NCBI GenBank assembly: GCA_973895155.1
Contig: OZ316896.1
Location: 14,914,684 to 14,978,683 of the forward strand
DNA length: 64,000 bases
Origin: Marsupella aquatica
Lineage: Eukaryota; Plantae; Marchantiophyta
Reading direction: 5' to 3'
Every line of letters starts with the position of its first letter. Positions within the stretch are counted from its first letter, which is position 1. The notes beneath the pieces are model-generated. The model saw only the letters and a list, made by a program, of their open reading frames with translations. It searched no databases and was not told the DNA's origin. Shown in pieces: positions 62,360 through 64,000 of this stretch. The position numbers and the translations under genes were made by a program.

Positions 62360-64000
62360 AATGTGCGACCCTCTCCAAATATGTTACCACGGAGATTGAG
62401 AGCAACATATCAAGAAATGGGTATGCTAGAAGAAGGACATGGATCAGAGTCACACTCCTCATCAAGTGCTAGTGGAAGCAGTAACCCTGATGAAGAGGTA
62501 CCTCAGACGGATGAACAAGTAACTGATGACCAGGATAGAGCCATGGATGACTTTATGGTTGATTGGTTTGGTGCCGACAACCTTGGTGATGACCTTCCCA
62601 ATGAAGGGTAGGTGCCCCCCAATGATCCACACCCAAGACATACCCCTGAGGGACAACGCCAATGGGAAGAAGCAGAGGAACATGCCCGAACACCTATCTA
62701 TGAGGGTGCTCGTTTGAGTCGTCTTTCAGCCATCTTGGGGTTGATGAACCTACAGGCCAAACACAAGGCAAGCAATGCCTTGTTATCTGATATGTTTGCA
62801 CTTTGCCATGACCTTATGTTGCCCACTGAGAATGTGTTGCCAGCAACTTGGAAGGAGGCAAAGAGTGTTCTCTCATCTATTGGCATGGAATATCATATTG
62901 TTCATGCATGTGTGAATGATTGCATGTTATTTCATGGGGCCAATGCAAACATGACACAATGTACAACATGTGATGAGCCTCGCTATGACCCCAACATGCT
63001 AACAAAGAAGGTGCCAAGGAAGGCTGTTCGTTGGTTTCCCATCATTCCTCGGTTGTTGCACATGTATCGGTGTTCTGACTTGGCAGAGTTGATGGTATGG
63101 CATAAGACTCATCGATCAGAGTCTGGTGTCATGCGGTTGCCAGTTGACTCCCCTGCTCACAAACATATTGAGGCAACATGGCCAGACTTTGCACATGATC
63201 CTCGCCATGTGAGGCTAGGATTGGCATCTGATGGAGTTAGCCCTCATTCACTTGGAGGAAAGGGGCAACCTACATCAGTTTGGCCTGTGGTTGTCATGAA
63301 TTATAACCTCCCACCATGGCTATCCATGAAGAAGGGGTTCCTTTTATTGTCTTTGATTATCCCAGGTCCAAAAAAGGTGAAGAACTTTGACACTTACTTG
63401 GCACTATTGGTTGGAGAACTTCAAAAATTATGGAATGGAGTGTGGGCATATGATGGCAGGAAAATTACAGGAGGTTTTCCACGTGTCTTTCAATTGAGAG
63501 GGATCATTTGTTGGACAATGCATGACTATCCTGGTAAGATGACTTCCATGCCATTTGCAACCCTTCAATAATGTGTAGTTCCTATTGATGTTTCTCATGT
63601 GACAACTCTAACATAAAGTTTGCATGGTTTGATTTCTTCTATGTAAGCAGGGTTTGGTTTTGTCTCTGGATTGCAAACTCAGGGGTACAAAGCTTGCTCT
63701 ACTTGTGGCCCAAGCTTAGAGGACATGGCCACATATTGTTCATGGATTAGAAAGATTGTTTATATTGGGCATACAAAGTTTCTTCCCATGGGGCATGAGA
63801 TGAGGTTTGACCCACTTCTATTCTCCTCCTTTGACATGCCATTTGGTGATGAGCGTGAAATTCCTGATGCAACAAGTTTTGCACATTGGAAGTCACTAGC
63901 TGATAGGGTGGCAGACCCAAATGATTCCTTCACCTTTGATAGGACAGGTTTGACCAGGTGGAGTATACTAGCCACTTTGCCCTATTGGTCTGAGTTGAAG
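62360..64000 (+). pseudogene. CACTA transposase, copy 2 (exons 62360-63533, 63651->64000); one in-frame stop at 62611
   Basis: Highly similar to copy 1 (HACVNDC, RHVRLGLASDG, NYNLPPW, MHDYPG); same intron position after MHDYP. Confidence 0.93.

Larger units (their letters stand above)
57778..64000 (+). mobile_element. CACTA (En/Spm) DNA transposon, copy 2 (related family; 3' end outside the window)
   Basis: 5' end CACTACAACACTACCC...TTTTGCGAA, preceded by AAG (predicted TSD). Subterminal TCGCAA repeats at 57800-58210. Same gene order as copy 1. Confidence 0.93.

Overview
Eukaryotic nuclear DNA from a land plant; a non-seed lineage such as a liverwort, lycophyte or fern is my guess, and the species cannot be identified. 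The first ~36 kb holds host genes: mitochondrial ribosomal protein mL46 (6 exons, +), a cinnamoyl-CoA-reductase-like SDR (6 exons, -), a TTC38-like TPR gene (~13 exons, +) and an intronless SCAMP (+), plus decayed genes, small repeats and a tRNA-derived SINE. The last ~27 kb is a four-level nest. The outermost layer is a decayed, intron-containing gene whose C-terminus resembles a prokaryote-type beta-class N4/N6 DNA methyltransferase. It is split by two related CACTA (En/Spm) transposons: copy 1 is complete (39139-56463, TGA target-site duplication) and copy 2 starts at 57778 and runs off the window. Copy 1 contains a Copia LTR retrotransposon, which in turn contains a 619-bp insertion. The main discovery is that both CACTA copies carry a SET-domain (lysine methyltransferase-like) exon between the Zn-binding 'transposase-associated' exon and the transposase exons. 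All splice phases allow either a ZnF-SET or a ZnF-transposase product. A TnpA/Ptta-like gene is transcribed divergently. All calls come from reading the sequence by eye; no database search was run.
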